A DNA stretch of 64,000 nt from Perkinsela sp. CCAP 1560/9 (GCA_965644495.1 CBFFSA010000006.1:853724-917723); one strand, 5' to 3'. Numbered from the stretch's first letter, positions 31,454 through 42,905 are shown. Notes: a model not told the origin generated them from the letters alone. Translations and numbers: made by a program.

Positions 31454-32109
31454 TATGCGTTTTCTTTGCGGGAACAAAACCACTGTGTCGTACTCCTACA
31501 TCTTGAAATTTCTAAAAAGGTTCCATTTCCGACTCAAGTGCGTCAAGCGACAGTTTTCTTTAACTCCTGAAACGGTTGCTCGTAAATGGCAACAAATACA
31601 TTGTCACCTTTACCGGTGTCTAAAAACCAGACTTTGTTCTTTCGTCCTCAATTTCGATGAAATTCCAATTACGCTCTCTGGTACAATGGGAAGCGTACGA
31701 TAACAGAGGCGGGGGATCGCAATTTTCGTGTGAATCTCGACCCAAATGACTTCAAGAGAATTGGTACTCTTTTGACTGGTGTGGGTGTGATCTTGGAAAC
31801 TTTTACTGTATTTCGTCTTCCTATTATTAATTTTGAAAGGTTCCCCGAAACGTTCATCTATAAGAAACGAAGCCTACGATTCCCGAACAAAAAGAGCTTG
31901 GACCCCCAAGAGTGTGGTAACATCAGTTTTTTATCAGCGAGCATTCTTGTTCGCTCGGAAGCGTGTCCTTGAGCGCCATAAAATGAGTAATGGAGTTGCA
32001 ATTTTTGACTCGTGTAAAGTACACATGACGGAAACCGACTTAGACGCTATGCGTGATATCGGTTTCTTCCCCCTCATAATTCCTTCTGGCTGCACATCTT
32101 GGCTTCAGT

Positions 32110-33092
32110 GGACACTATGCAGTTATCCTGTGCCATTATGTGCTATCCTGTGCCATTTCGTGCCATCCTGTGCCATCCAGAGCGAAGATTTTTGGCACAA
32201 TGTCCACCTTTGGTGCTCGCCTTCATGTGGATCTTGGTACCCGTTTACAAGAAAAAGCGGGGTGGTTCCAAGCACTATACCCTTCCTGCTTATGAGTTCC
32301 CTGGTTTTGAGAAAAAGGAGCTCAGAAGCGTACCAGACCAGAATTCGAGCCATAAAAAAACGAAAATAGGGGCCCGCGGCGCTTCGCGCCGCGGGTTCTC
32401 CTTGACAATATTGCTGGCGCTAAAATGATTATCCGCTCAGTGAGCGAGTCTGTAGAGCAGCCTGACGTATGGTTGTTGGGATTTTTATGAATTTTGGTTC
32501 TGTGCAAAAAACAGATCGCTTCGCGAAAAGTGGGTACAAAAACATTCGCCTTAGAAAAAGGAACTCATAAGCGCACCAGAATTGGGGGAACTCATAGGCA
32601 GTAACAACTATAAGTACAAGTTTGTAGTCGCTCCATTAAACGCGGTGGTTAACGTTTTTTATATTACGTTACTTCTCTCCCATAAGTTCAAAAGAGTTCA
32701 TGACTCGAGGATAGTGAGGTTAAGAGAATCGGAAGAAGCCGTTCTTTCCGTACAATTCTTATCATAAACAATGAAATGATCTAAGTTAGTTTGCTTCAAT
32801 TCATCATCACTTCAATTCATCATTCTACGACCGCGGTTTTTTCTCAAGAGAAGAATAGGGTAGCTGGGAGATTGTGCTTACTTACCTCCCCACTCGTAAC
32901 GTAAATACACCTCCAAATTATGAATTATCAAACAATATGCAAAACTACAGTACAAAAGAGCATCCGAAAATATACTCCAATTTAAAAGGCTACTTAGGAG
33001 GAAGATTCCTAAAACTAGACTCGCCGTGCCATCCTGTGCCATTTCGTGCAATCCTGTGCCATCCACAGGGAGGGTAAACTTGCACAGTGTCC
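32110..33092. mobile_element. Non-autonomous element GGACACT...AGTGTCC with a probable 3-bp TSD (Harbinger-like)
   Basis: TIR ggacactRtgca; flanks agt/aat; removal restores L-Q-W-I-D; 10-bp atcctgtgcc repeats near both ends. Confidence 0.8.
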
Positions 33093-33699
33093 AATGGATT
33101 GACACGGATTTTGCCTCGTGCTACAAAGGAAAACATTTCCAGTTGTATTCCGCAGTGCATGCAGTGAAACTAACTGCTCGTCAGAAGCGTGCCTTTCCAC
33201 CGTCTTGTCGCCGGTGCTGTGGAGTCCTCCTTATTTCGACCGGATGTTGTTCTTGCTGCATTTAACAGATTAGGTTACCTTGATCCTTGCAAAGCTTCCA
33301 TTAGAAATATTGATTATCGGTTTGAGGAGCCAGACGATGTGGTACCTCCAATGGCACAAAGCGAAATGCACGGGAACGCGATAACATCGATCGGGCATCG
33401 CATGCGTTATTACAAAACAGAATGCCTGCTAAGCAACGCAAGATTACAGAGCTCGTAAAAGTTCAACAGGACCAAGACAGTGTTGCTAAACATTAAAAAA
33501 ATGTGAACAATACGTGGAAATTACGCGACTTATTCACAATGACGGTGTGAATCACATCACGCGCTGACTGCGCAGACTCCTATGATGTCACCAATTATTG
33601 TTCTCCACCTGTATTTCACTTTCCTTTACAATTTTTTGTTTTAGTTTTTTTATAACAACTATAATTCAGACATTATTGGAACTTATTATATTCGGTTAT

Positions 33700-35715
33700 A
33701 TGGACAATAGCGCCGGCACGGCGAACTCCACAACTCCACGTGCGAGACAACCATCAATATCTTTGAACAAACATTCTGACGAGAAACACGACTATTTCTC
33801 GGCGCGTTCGCTGGAACTTTGTGGCGGACACACCCCTGCTGTCGCTCATCACAAGAAACTCAATGTATGGCGTCTTGCAGGAATCGCTTTCGTATTCACG
33901 TGCTCGGGTCCATTCGGAGTAGAGGCCGCTCTTCGCGCCGGTGGACCCGGTTTGGGCATGCTAGGAATTTGTCTGACGCCACTTGTTTTTGTTCTTCCTC
34001 AAATTGCAATGGTGGCAGAGCTTGCGACAATGATCCCAAGTAATCATGGCTATGTCGCGTGGGTTTCTCGCGCATTTGGATCGTTTCTTGGATTTCAGAA
34101 CGCGTTTTGTTCCATGCTTGCTAATTTCGTCGACATGGCTGTATACACTGCGCTTTTCAGCGCGTATCTCTTCGTCCGATTCGCTCCTGATGCCCCTTTT
34201 TTTGCCCAATACCTAGTCCGTTTGGTGTGCGTGATTGTCGCCACCTTGTTTGCGCTTCTTGAGTCCAAACACGTTGCCGAAATTAGCGCAGCAATTGGTT
34301 CTCTCGTCATGCTTCCCTTTGTGGTGGGCTTTTGCCTTGCCGCAAAAAGCATTCGCCCCTCCCAATGGGTTGAGCTGTGGCCGGATAAGGATTGGGCACT
34401 GTGGGGTTCCTCTCTATGCTGGCTTTTCACCGGGTGGAATTCCCTGGGCAATCTCGCCGCGGAGGTAAAATTCCCCCACGTGTACTCCCGCGGAATGGGT
34501 ATTGCCATTGTGCTTGACGTCCTTGCCTATCTTGTAACCGTCGCCGCTGCTCTCACCGTTCCCCCCTCCAAGGTTGTAGGGGAAAAGATCTGGGGCGACG
34601 GCTACCTTGTGGTTGCAATGGAAGTGATTCTCCCAGGTTTGGGCACAACAATAGCAGTTGCTGCCGCTCTGAGTATATTTGGTATGCTCGTTAATTGCAT
34701 GACGTGTTACGCTCGTGCAGTTGCCGGGATGGCGGAACTGGGTTGGCTTCCTTCACTTCTGGCAAAAACGCGCCCCGGAACCCTAGTCCCGCATAATTCC
34801 GTTTTCGCATTTACCGTGATTGTATCTATACTCTCTTTGTTTGATTTTGACTTACTTATCAAAGTGGATCTAATACTTGCGGCGGAGAGCTACATATTAA
34901 CCTTCTTGGCTTTTCTACGTCTCCGTTATACCGAAGCCGATACTCCAAGACCTTACAAAGTTCCTCTTGGTATGTTTGGAGCTTGGTCAACCACGCTGAT
35001 GAAAATTGCAGTCATGCTGTTCAGCATGTTGGCTGTTTTCCTTGATCAACCCCATATTACTGTGCCGTTGACCGTCGCCATCAATCTTCTCATTATCGGG
35101 CTCTACATTACGATGACACACCCTCGCTTTGAAAAATTGCGTGTTCTTCTTCGATTGACTCCTATTAAAGTAGAAATGTACCCAAGAATGAAGCGCCGTC
35201 ACTCCGCCCCTGCTTTATTGTTTTTTGAAAAGAGTCCACAGCAGCTTCCTGTAATTAATGAAACGGAGATTCATGCCGAACATTTTTCGATCAGTCACCT
35301 TTCTGAAAAAGGGGTAAACGCAATTACCAAGTCTGAATCCGCGGGCGGAGCACCGAAGGACTCTCCTCCACCTCGAGATCCTCAATTAAACCTTTCTATA
35401 GAACCAACGGATTCAGCAATTTTAGCATCCCACAAGGGATCGCGGAATTCTTTAGTGGACAAAAAATCCATGTTAACTGAAAATATTCTCCACGAACCAT
35501 CATTGACCCCCACAGTCTCGTCCTTTTCAGAGCCTAGTCTTTCAAGTTCTATGCACGCTTTACGTGGAAGTGCTCTTTCTTCCGGAACGGAAAATCTTGA
35601 GCATGAGGATGAATTTGAATCAAGTGGTCCACATCCCACTCTGCCTTTCTATTCGGAGCGTAAAGGACCTGATCAGACTCGTTTTTCACATTCTATGTCA
35701 AAGAAGCCACCGTAA
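33700..35715 (+). CDS. APC-family polyamine/amino-acid transporter
   Basis: SGPFGVE..RAGGP, AELATMIP.N.GYV.WV, GWNSLGNLAAEV, PRPYKVP; many TM helices. Confidence 0.9.
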   Translation: MDNSAGTANSTTPRARQPSISLNKHSDEKHDYFSARSLELCGGHTPAVAHHKKLNVWRLAGIAFVFTCSGPFGVEAALRAGGPGLGMLGICLTPLVFVLPQIAMVAELATMIPSNHGYVAWVSRAFGSFLGFQNAFCSMLANFVDMAVYTALFSAYLFVRFAPDAPFFAQYLVRLVCVIVATLFALLESKHVAEISAAIGSLVMLPFVVGFCLAAKSIRPSQWVELWPDKDWALWGSSLCWLFTGWNSLGNLAAEVKFPHVYSRGMGIAIVLDVLAYLVTVAAALTVPPSKVVGEKIWGDGYLVVAMEVILPGLGTTIAVAAALSIFGMLVNCMTCYARAVAGMAELGWLPSLLAKTRPGTLVPHNSVFAFTVIVSILSLFDFDLLIKVDLILAAESYILTFLAFLRLRYTEADTPRPYKVPLGMFGAWSTTLMKIAVMLFSMLAVFLDQPHITVPLTVAINLLIIGLYITMTHPRFEKLRVLLRLTPIKVEMYPRMKRRHSAPALLFFEKSPQQLPVINETEIHAEHFSISHLSEKGVNAITKSESAGGAPKDSPPPRDPQLNLSIEPTDSAILASHKGSRNSLVDKKSMLTENILHEPSLTPTVSSFSEPSLSSSMHALRGSALSSGTENLEHEDEFESSGPHPTLPFYSERKGPDQTRFSHSMSKKPP

Positions 35716-36159
35716 TAAGCAGGACATCTGTGCTGTCCTTTCTTCCATTATTAAATCAAACCCATCAAAAGTAACATTCTTGATGTGTATGCATCGCTGG
35801 TATCTCTGTAGTAGAAGAGTGTCTTACAGTAGTTCCATAAAACACGTAAAACATATAGTTTATAAAGTTTTGTTTAATATCATGCCTTAATATAACTATC
35901 ACAATAGTATTATCTTTCGTCACATACCTCAGACTATATCTGGCATTTTTTGCCACACTTTTCTCCTTGCACCGGATGGTTTTTCTCTTGGAATGGGCTG
36001 AGAATATAGTATTTTTCTTTTCTAAACAATCCACTTGCATGTACTGTACATTTTATGTACTTTATGTACTTTTATGTTCGCTATATTTTTGATCGGTGTT
36101 TCAAAGTTTGTTGAATCATCCTCTTGTTTCATTTGTATGCTCGGTTTTTGTTCTTTACC

Positions 36160-37266
36160 ATGAAAGTTGTGTTCACGCAAATGTCTTCCTACTGGTTTCT
36201 TCTTGCTTTGCTAAGTGTTTATTGCGTGGAGGGCAACGCCTCAGACGCTCCAAAAGCCCGGATGGATGGCACCGTCGAGCTCTCTACCTCAAGTTTTGAC
36301 GCTTTTGTCGGTCATAATCGCGCAGCGTTGGTACAGTTTCACACTCCGTGGTGTCGTCGTTGCGAACATTTCGCTCTGGAATACGCTCGTGTTGGAAACG
36401 CAGCGAAGAATTCTGACAAAGTTGTGGTGGCAACGCTAAATGCTGAACAATTTCCTGAAATTGCAGAACGTTTCTCTGTTTCTGGTTACCCAACTTATTT
36501 GTTCTTTTCCTCGGGAAGCCTGGACCCAGAGCCGATAGAACAACCCGCAGACGCAGTGACGTTAACGAAAATCTTAAATGATAAAGTTCATGGTTGTGAC
36601 CTAAAGCTCTCTCAGGAACAGAGTTACGTAAAGGAATTGGATCCGAGCACATTTTACTCCGTAGCACTCAATCCATCGAAACACGTTTTCGTTGAGTTTT
36701 ATGCAACGTGGTGTGAACGGTGCGCAAGGATTGCGCCAAATTACGAAAGATTGGGGCTTACTTATGTCAATGAGCCAGATGTCGTGATTGCTCGAATCGA
36801 GTGCACTGAGTCTGCAAGCAAGGACATTGGACACAAATATGGGATGCAGGGCTTTCCTTATTTTGTGTGGTTTCCAAAGGACAATAAGAAAGGCACGCCT
36901 TATCATAGCACACTTCATATTTCTGGATTGGTTCAATTTGTGAACAATGGAGCGGGGATTCGTCGTCAAGTTGGTGGAGATTTGGACATTGCTGAAGGAA
37001 CCACCCATGAGCTGCGTCAACTTGCTCTAAAATACATGAAAGCTGATGATGAAGCTCGAAAAGACATTCTTGATGTAGTAAAAAAAGACCCGGATAGACG
37101 AGCTCAATCCTATGCAAAAATTATGGAGCGGATTGAAAAAGATGGAGAAGGATACGTCGACAAAGAAAATAGTCGACTGAAACGCATGCTTGGAGGAAAG
37201 AGTTTGAACATGGAGACAGTTGATGAGTTTCAGAAGAAGATAAATGTCTTAACATGTTTCAAATAA
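36160..37266 (+). CDS. Protein disulfide isomerase (two thioredoxin domains plus ERp29-like C-domain)
   Basis: Signal peptide, FHTPWCRRC, VSGYPT, FYATWCERC, GFPY, C-terminal helical domain ending KINVL. Confidence 0.88.
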   Translation: MKVVFTQMSSYWFLLALLSVYCVEGNASDAPKARMDGTVELSTSSFDAFVGHNRAALVQFHTPWCRRCEHFALEYARVGNAAKNSDKVVVATLNAEQFPEIAERFSVSGYPTYLFFSSGSLDPEPIEQPADAVTLTKILNDKVHGCDLKLSQEQSYVKELDPSTFYSVALNPSKHVFVEFYATWCERCARIAPNYERLGLTYVNEPDVVIARIECTESASKDIGHKYGMQGFPYFVWFPKDNKKGTPYHSTLHISGLVQFVNNGAGIRRQVGGDLDIAEGTTHELRQLALKYMKADDEARKDILDVVKKDPDRRAQSYAKIMERIEKDGEGYVDKENSRLKRMLGGKSLNMETVDEFQKKINVLTCFK

Positions 37267-37848
37267 AATTGACTTTTGTCGAAGTTCTCTTACTTTCTTT
37301 TGGTGTTGCTACTTTTTGTGTAAAACCAAGCACTTATTGATATTTTTATACCATTTAGAAATCAAAGTACAGTGCCCGTATACAGTCCCCGTAAATTTTT
37401 GTGCAATAAAAATACTGCAAAATAGAAATGTGAAATGTTAATTCGTGAACAAATTTCGAAATCACGTTCGACCTTTTTTTTTGTTTTTTTTAAACGGAGG
37501 TCCGGTTTAGCATATCTGTGACCTCATACCATACTGGGGGGGATTGTGGTTTGTCATACTCAGTGCAACAAAAATGAGAAAAATATGGGTGTGTTCCGGA
37601 TGTCAGTATTTTCGCATACTCAGTGCAACACTGTTTTTTCGGTCGGACAGCACCACGAACGGACACGGGATTGTGTGAGACATGTTAAGAAACAATGGAT
37701 TAAGAAAACAATTGCGGTGGACAACTACCGCTCTACCCTCGATTATTGAAAAAAAGGTGAACAAAAACAGTGAAAATATAAAGAGGAACACAGTAATAAA
37801 ATAAATATAATTTATAATAGAAGAAAAAAATATAAAAGGGGGCCCCGG

Positions 37849-38527
37849 GGTCACTTTACACGTCAAATACCCCTGGACAAATAAATTGCCTATGGACAGA
37901 TAAAATGACAATGGACAGATAAAATGCTGCTAATAAAAAAGGTCGGCTTCAGTACCATCTGCACAGATGGCGGCCAAAGTAAAGGAATATTGCATGATTC
38001 AAGGAATATTGCATAAGTCAAGGAATATTGCATAAGTCAGGGAATATTGCATAAGTCAGGGAATATTGCATAAGTCAGGAACCATTGAAATTAAAGCCCT
38101 TGCACTTCTCTCCTGCACCCGGTGAGGCCACAGAGTTGCGAGAGGCTTCCATACCCCACAACTACCACCTTCCCCCCCTATTTAGCGGGGTTGCGCACTG
38201 AGAACCTATGTCTACCCCTTCCGCAGGATTGTCCAGAGTCAAGACCCAACCGTGAGCGGACCCCACTTCTGGAGGCAAAAGCTCCAGCGTGCGGGCCGCG
38301 CACTGAGAATCTATGTCTAGGATTGTGCAACGCGGACAAACATCGCGGGTGAGCTCACAGAGAAGTTGAAAGCTGTGTGACCTAATTTACCCGTCCGGAG
38401 GAGCTCCACCACTGATGAGTATGGCGTGGGAAGATTTATGGATGGGAGGCAATTTTTCTGTCCAAAGGCACTTTATTTGTCCAAAGGCATTTTATCTGTC
38501 CAAAGGCATTGGTCCTGTCCGGCCGCC
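37849..38527. mobile_element. Mutator/Foldback-like element with a 9-bp TSD
   Basis: Flanks gggccccgg / gggccacgg; inverted subterminal arrays of tgcctttggacagataaaa. Confidence 0.65.
37982..38080 (+). repeat. 19-bp tandem repeat, ~5 copies (ggaatattgcataagtcaR)
   Basis: Directly visible head-to-tail units without spacers. Confidence 0.9.
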
Positions 38528-38754
38528 GGGCCACGGTGGCCCAAAACTGAAATAAAAAATTGAAAAAAATGGGGGGTCCAGGGGGGTGGGGCATACGTCG
38601 CGAATTTTTTTATCAAATTTTCGCTTTTCAAAATCGAGCGCAGGGAAGTGGTAGAGTAGGCCGCGGCGATAATTTTCCACCTCCCCTCCTTGGGGGTGAC
38701 CCCCCCTGGTACACGCAGGAGGGGTCCGACAACGTCAAAATTTCCGAATTTTTT

Positions 38755-39836
38755 GGGTGGACGGTAGGGACAAATATTTGACGAAAATTATTTTTTTTTC
38801 GAAAATGATTCAAACGTCCTTTTAAATATTTTTATGGCATTTGCAGGTTCACACACCCATTTTAAGCGTTTAAAAGAGACATCACCGCCCGCCCAGCTAC
38901 CGTCACCCATCCCAGCCACGATCCCCCATCCAGCCACCCGCTCAGCCCCTCGAACCAAATCTCGCTTACTGGGGCCAATCTCTCTTACGGGACTTACGGT
39001 AATAGTGGGCGGTCTACGGTAACACTCCGAGAAATTCGACCAGTCAGCTATCCACAAGGAAGAACAATGAGTAGTGACCCACACAGCTGCTGCTATCCAA
39101 GAAACGCCCAAGCCCGGGGTATGCCAGTTTCCCTGACGGCCTCACATTAGGCACCCAGACCCTCCGAATAGGTCTGGGGGACCGACTCGGACCCCCCCCC
39201 CGCATGGAACCAACTCCAGTACCCGATGTGGTCGTTAAACAACGTTAAACACGTCGGCAGAAACTGGTAGAGGCGTTCGGACCTCGCACCCCCAAACCTC
39301 TGCGAAGGGCCTATTGTGTCACCCTTGAAGGAGGGTGGCAACTTCCCGAAGGGGGAACATCCTGAGGGAGCCAGCGGCCAGCTGGGGCGACCCGGTGCCC
39401 TTCATTCACTCAGAAACGCATTTGCCGTCCTGCGATAGTCATCTGCGTTTTTCAGGTAAGAAAATGCTGATTTCATGTGGATCAAAGCGTCGAAACTTCC
39501 TTCAGATCGCCGGGAAGAAACAAAGTAACCGATCATTCCCAAGTAATCGTCAGGGGCGCTCAAGCGCCCACAAGAACGTCTCGCCGCGCTGACTTATTGC
39601 ACTTTCGACCAGAGTGTTGGATTTCTGGTGATCTACCCACGGGAAAAGTTTCGATAGAGTGAATTACTATGCCATTTAACTAAAGAAGTGTGGTGCAACA
39701 AGTTAATAAAATTATGCGCTCAGAGACGCTGAAAATGGCTGCATGAATACGAAAATGATTTGAAAACTTTTAAAAAAATATTGTGAGCGATTTCGAAAAA
39801 AATCAATTTTTCGTCAAATATTTGTCCCTACCACCC
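38755..39836. mobile_element. TIR element GGGTGG(ACGG)TAGGGACAAATATTTGACGAAAA inserted in a T-run
   Basis: Inverted copy ttttcgtcaaatatttgtccctaccaccc at ~39808-39836. Confidence 0.8.
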
Positions 39837-40060
39837 TTTTTGGGGTTACCAAAAGAAAGCTCTGCGAGAGCTCTCGAATGCGCTATTATTTTCCAAAATT
39901 GGCCAAGTTATAAGAATTTTGACCCCCCCCATATTTTCGTGCACACCCCTGTATTCACTAAAACGAGCGTAATAAACTCCTGGACACCCCTCTTTATGTT
40001 GTTTTTTATAGGTCGTCTTTCCTTTTATTTTTTTATTTGCGGCAGCTATATTCCAATTTT

Positions 40061-40426
40061 ATGGTAGCTGAATCTATCGTGGATGATTCTCGTTCCGTAG
40101 ATGATTCTCTTCCTCATCTTGACATTTTGCCTCTTTCTGCCTTGAAAAGCTCTTCAAATTGTAATGTCGAAGTAGAGCTCAAAAATGGAGAAATTTTGAT
40201 CGGTTCTCTGATTACAGCTGACACGTGGATGAACCTTTTTATGGCGCGCGTTCAACGTATTTCGTCGGATGGAAGTCATTTTTGGTCTTTGAAGGAGTGC
40301 TGTATCCGAGGCAGCTCTATTTCATCTCTGCGACTTGACTCCTCGTGTATACAGCTTTCTGTTGCGCAGAACGCCGCTCGAGAGAAATACAGAAAAACCA
40401 AGTTGGCTCAAAACCTCTCTTTGTGA
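40061..40426 (+). CDS. LSM4: Sm-like protein LSm4
   Basis: LPLS.LK...VELKNGE..G.L...DTWMN...S.DG..FW...EC.IRGS. Confidence 0.88.
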   Translation: MVAESIVDDSRSVDDSLPHLDILPLSALKSSSNCNVEVELKNGEILIGSLITADTWMNLFMARVQRISSDGSHFWSLKECCIRGSSISSLRLDSSCIQLSVAQNAAREKYRKTKLAQNLSL

Positions 40427-40622
40427 GAAAATCGCTTAAAAAATAAATTTGTTTCACATCTAATGATAATGATAACATCACACACAGTTTGTTTTAAGCC
40501 ATTTGAGCTCAAAGATGTAACACCTCAAACATGTAATAAACGGGGGTCCGGGATCATAACACACAGGGGGGAAAAACAGTTACGGTGGAATATTCAAATA
40601 CGAGTGGATTGCGGTGCTTGTA

Positions 40623-40760
40623 TTTTTCTTTTTTAGGCTCTTCGTTAAACGCGGTGGTTGTTTTCAACTTAGAAGTCACTCATGCTGCGCTCTTCGCGTT
40701 AAACATAACCACCGCGTTTAACGAAGAGGCTAAAAAAGAAAAATTGCCAAAATATCATGA
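40623..40760 (+). mobile_element. Palindrome module plus start of a subfamily B body (truncated)
   Basis: Same 119-bp palindrome, followed by ttgccaaaatatcatga as at ~53313. Confidence 0.85.
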
Positions 40761-40997
40761 ATGAAAAGAGAGTCCGTATAGCTCCTTTTCCTGTGGCGGA
40801 AGAAGCCCAAGCAAAAAACTGAAAACTAAGTTTTCTTCCGCGAAATAAACACCCCCAATGGAAAGTGAACCACCTCTTTTTTCGTACAAGTGTCCGTTTG
40901 AGCTGATTTTTGTTGCATTTTGCAGATCTCAACACAGAGACTTTGCGCGAGAAGGAATGAAACTAAAAGAAGAGAATACGTATAATTTAGAGAGAAA

Positions 40998-42024
40998 TTA
41001 CCATTTTGTCACTTTTTCGCCGCTCAATTTTATACACTGTTTAAGGCGAGAGTCAAAGCTTAAGACCGTTTTGTCGATCACTTTTTGAGGCAAAGAAGAC
41101 CATGCTTTACGTACACATCGGATAAGTGAAGGTTTGTTCGCTGGGGTTTGTTCGTCTACTGCCTCTTGAACCATAGACCAGACGTTTTCTATGGGGGAAA
41201 GGTCTGGTGAATTGGGGGGCCAATTTTTTAATACATCTTTCATTCTACCTGTAGTGTAGTCCTTAGAGGCATGGGCGGTATGTGCCGTGGCCCCATCTTG
41301 TTGAAAATTACAATTCATGGGGAAAGTTACCTTGTTGAGCGTCTCTACATAGTATCTAGACAGTCTCTACACAGTATGTAGGACATACTCGTGATAGACG
41401 AGTCAGAATGCAGAATAACCAATTGTCTCCACCCTACTCCTATGGCACCCCAAACTTGACATTTTGGCGCCCAGCGTACTTTTTAACGCGGGGCTGCTTT
41501 TTGACCGGGTGCTACCCACATATTCTTTCGGCGATCATTCGTGTCAAATATTTTTTTGTCTGTAAATACAACACGAGGTATCCATACTGTAAGTTTTTGC
41601 AAAGTTTACTCTTTTTATTTTTTGTAATTCAGTGGGGCCTTGGCACACAGGCCTAGCGCTATAATTATACCCCATATACTCAAGATCATTAAGGACTGTG
41701 TTGTTCTACACTTTTGTACCCCTATCACGTAACTTGGCTTTAATACGCCTAGCTGAGTTAATCTTTGGCACACCGACGGGGTCTAGAGGGGTAAGAATTT
41801 TCTTTATTTCTTCGCGACTCAATACTTTTTTTTGCGGTCAGGGCTCAAAGTGTATGTTGGGGTGGGTTTTTTTCGTTCAGATATTTTCTTACAATCCTAA
41901 GAGAAACATTACATTCGCGGGACAGCTTCCTTTTTGACACACCCTGACCGTCCCTCATCCTTAACAAAGGCTTTCCGCTATTCGTAAGCCCCCCTTTCGG
42001 TAGCCGAAAAGGAGACTTCGGCAT
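40998..42024 (-). pseudogene. Tc1/IS630-like DD35E transposase pseudogene
   Basis: HTH SKRKLSRECNVS, VVFTD, QVWGAIG, FQQDGATAHT, WPPNSPDLSPIENVW (35 aa from D to E); frameshifted upstream of 41360. Confidence 0.88.
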
Positions 42025-42332
42025 TTTTCCGAAAAAATGAAGTTTTTCAAAAAAGGAAATCAGTTTTTTTAAAGATTTTTAAAAGAGCTGAAAATAGCGG
42101 GAACGTACAGATCTCAAAATTTTGAACGATAATGTGGTTCCGTAATCCCCCTACACCACCCTGTGCGAATAATAAGGGTGGGTCACTTATTCGTTGGGGG
42201 GGGGTTATAAGAAACTTTATTAAGCCTGTCATAAATTGACTTTTTACATGGTGTCATTCGTGCTAAAAGAGAGCCTCAAAACGTTTTTGATCACTTTTTC
42301 CTGTTATAGATTTTTATAGATCTATAATACTA

Positions 42333-42422
42333 TAGCGGTGGTTGTATAACTACCGCTCTACCCTCGATTATTGAAAAAAAGTGAACAAAAACAGTGAAAA
42401 TATAAGGAAGAAAACCGTAATA
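42333..42422 (-). mobile_element. Isolated hairpin-end module of the palindrome family
   Basis: gcggtggttgtataactaccgc-tctaccctcgattattgaaaaaaagtgaacaaaaacagtg. Confidence 0.75.
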
Positions 42423-42467
42423 AACCCCGAGTAAATTTTGAAATGTGCATACGTGCTACCGGGAGTA

Positions 42468-42823
42468 CACCCCCGCCAAAAAGTATTCTCCACAAAAATG
42501 GCCGACACAAAAAGTATTGTATTTATTAGTATCGACCATTTTTTTGAGTTTTGACCAGAATTTTGGTTGTTTTTTTCGAATTTTCAGGAAATTAGCATAA
42601 TGAGTTCTGATATACGCGGCCACTTGATCTCTAGGGAAGCTGAGTGATTTCTCTCCTATTTTTATGCTTCACTATACGTTTACACAGAACCGATATGATA
42701 ATGTCCAACTTTTTGGAGGCCAGTGGCAACTCGTGGAAATCGACAAAAAGTATTGTATTTATTAGTATCGACCAAACATTCGTGGTCGATACTAATAAAT
42801 TACAATACTTTTTGGCGGGGGTG
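42468..42823. mobile_element. MITE TA-CACCCCCGCCAAAAAGTATT (Tc1/mariner-type), copy 1
   Basis: Perfect TIRs and TA TSD; further copies at 56478-56793 and 57076-57305. Confidence 0.9.
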
Positions 42824-42825
42824 TA

Positions 42826-42905
42826 TACACTTCTTAAGGCGTGAGTCAAAACTTAAGACCGTATTGTCGATCACATTTTGAGATAAACAAGACCACGTTT
42901 TGCGT
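42826..42905 (-). pseudogene. Second fragment of the Tc1-like transposase C-terminus
   Basis: gagtcaaaacttaagaccgtattgtcgatcac matches 41049-41115. Confidence 0.7.

Larger units (their letters stand above)
29912..33458 (+). pseudogene. pogo-superfamily DD35D transposase pseudogene
   Basis: After removing the inserts: HTH end SYSYILKFLKR, VLNFDE, AIFDSCKVH, IIPSGCTSWLQ|WIDTDF (35 aa between D2 and D3), AFNRLG; stops and frameshifts present. Confidence 0.85.
29337..33512 (+). mobile_element. pogo-like DNA transposon relic with two nested insertions
   Basis: Inverted repeats tattgttcacatttttt (29337) and aaaaaatgtgaacaata (33496-33512) enclose a transposase pseudogene. Confidence 0.75.
37692..39855 (-). 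mobile_element. Palindrome/hairpin element subfamily B copy, interrupted by two TIR elements
   Basis: Hairpin end at 37712; body segments 37712-37848 and 38528-38754 match 45087-45300 and 53570-53810. Confidence 0.75.

Noticed and set aside
37982-38080. CRISPR-like array
   Set aside because: Units are head-to-tail with no unique spacers, the context is eukaryotic, and there are no cas genes
38405-38450. Hammerhead ribozyme core (ctgatgag)
   Set aside because: No matching stem II/GAAA arrangement could be identified
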